A DNA stretch of 64,000 nt from Myxococcota bacterium (lineage in GTDB: Bacteria > Myxococcota_A > UBA9160 > JAFDDA01). Of the stretch, positions 63,558 to 64,000 are shown piece by piece. The stretch is from NCBI GenBank assembly GCA_965228475.1, contig OZ245817.1:4384001-4448000 (forward strand). The letters are read 5' to 3'. A model generated the notes under the pieces. It saw nothing but the letters and a program-made list of their open reading frames with translations, was not told the DNA's origin and made no database searches. The position numbers and the translations under genes were made by a program. How positions within the stretch are numbered: the stretch's first letter is position 1; each line of letters starts with the position of its first letter.

Positions 63558-63694
63558 GGGGGATCCTCTTTCGTTTCAGTGGTTCGGGTCACGACCCGGC
63601 GCCTCGCGCCGGGTCCGCATTCAACCGGTGCGGTTCTTCTTCCGCACCCGGCACAATGCTTCGTGTTTCCGGAACGTCACGAAAACGATCGGCC

Positions 63695-64000
63695 CTACTC
63701 ACTTTCCCGAAGCGGCGGGGTTTCGCGAGGGGGATCGGCCTCGGGAGCCTCGGGGCGAACCGCCGTGGCGAGGCGCCGCGCGACGGGCAGGACCGTCGAG
63801 GAGAAGAATCCGAGGGTGCAGAGGTCGACGAGGTCGTGCGCCATCAGGCGGACGTTCACCCGCGCGCGAACGCGCTCGACGAGCCCCGGCGGCTCGGGGC
63901 TCTCGTCCTCGCCCAGGCTCGAGAGCAGCAGCCGGGCGACGGTGCGGTCCCAGACCGGCGACCCTTCGGAAGAGAGGCCCGGGGCTTCCGGGTCGAGGGG
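63695..64000 (-). CDS. Hypothetical protein, 3' end only (5' outside window)
   Basis: Open frame from 64000 (PLDPEAPGLSSEGSPVWDRTVARLLL...) to TAG at 63697-63695. Confidence 0.5.
   Translation of the reverse strand, partial: PLDPEAPGLSSEGSPVWDRTVARLLLSSLGEDESPEPPGLVERVRARVNVRLMAHDLVDLCTLGFFSSTVLPVARRLATAVRPEAPEADPPRETPPLRESE

Noticed and set aside
1..64000. tRNA, rRNA, IS transposases, prophage genes
   Set aside because: None recognised by eye; a tRNAscan/Infernal run would be needed to exclude small RNAs

Overview
High-GC bacterial chromosomal segment. The gene mix (PEP-CTERM proteins, myxobacterial-type Lgt, actinobacterial-like lipid/steroid genes) suggests a Myxococcota/deltaproteobacterial lineage; this is inference only. 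Left to right: (1) an integron integrase whose candidate attI site and first cassette lie downstream of its 3' end at the window edge; (2) PI-PLC and a hybrid kinase; (3) an MSHA-type pilus operon mshI-J-K-L-M-N-E-G with no pilin genes; (4) a proteobacterial dedicated sortase module; (5) a tightly coupled 7-gene operon with a compact ExbB/TolQ-ExbD/TolR-like proton motor, two Pro-rich TonB-like proteins and three unknown exported proteins (best candidate for an undescribed system); (6) three PEP-CTERM loci sharing a sigma-54 promoter and a palindromic GGAA-N6-TTCC enhancer; (7) a TetR-flanked large secreted BPI/LBP-like protein; (8) a UGA-readthrough UGSC selenoprotein; (9) a cupredoxin-like/GGDEF-EAL/DUF3034/truncated globin cluster; (10) asd; (11) a KstR-like regulator with three KstR boxes at steroid-type acyl-CoA dehydrogenase genes; (12) a Cys-repeat surface protein with a CGxG-type C-terminal anchor next to lgt. 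All family calls are by eye from motifs; no database searches were run.
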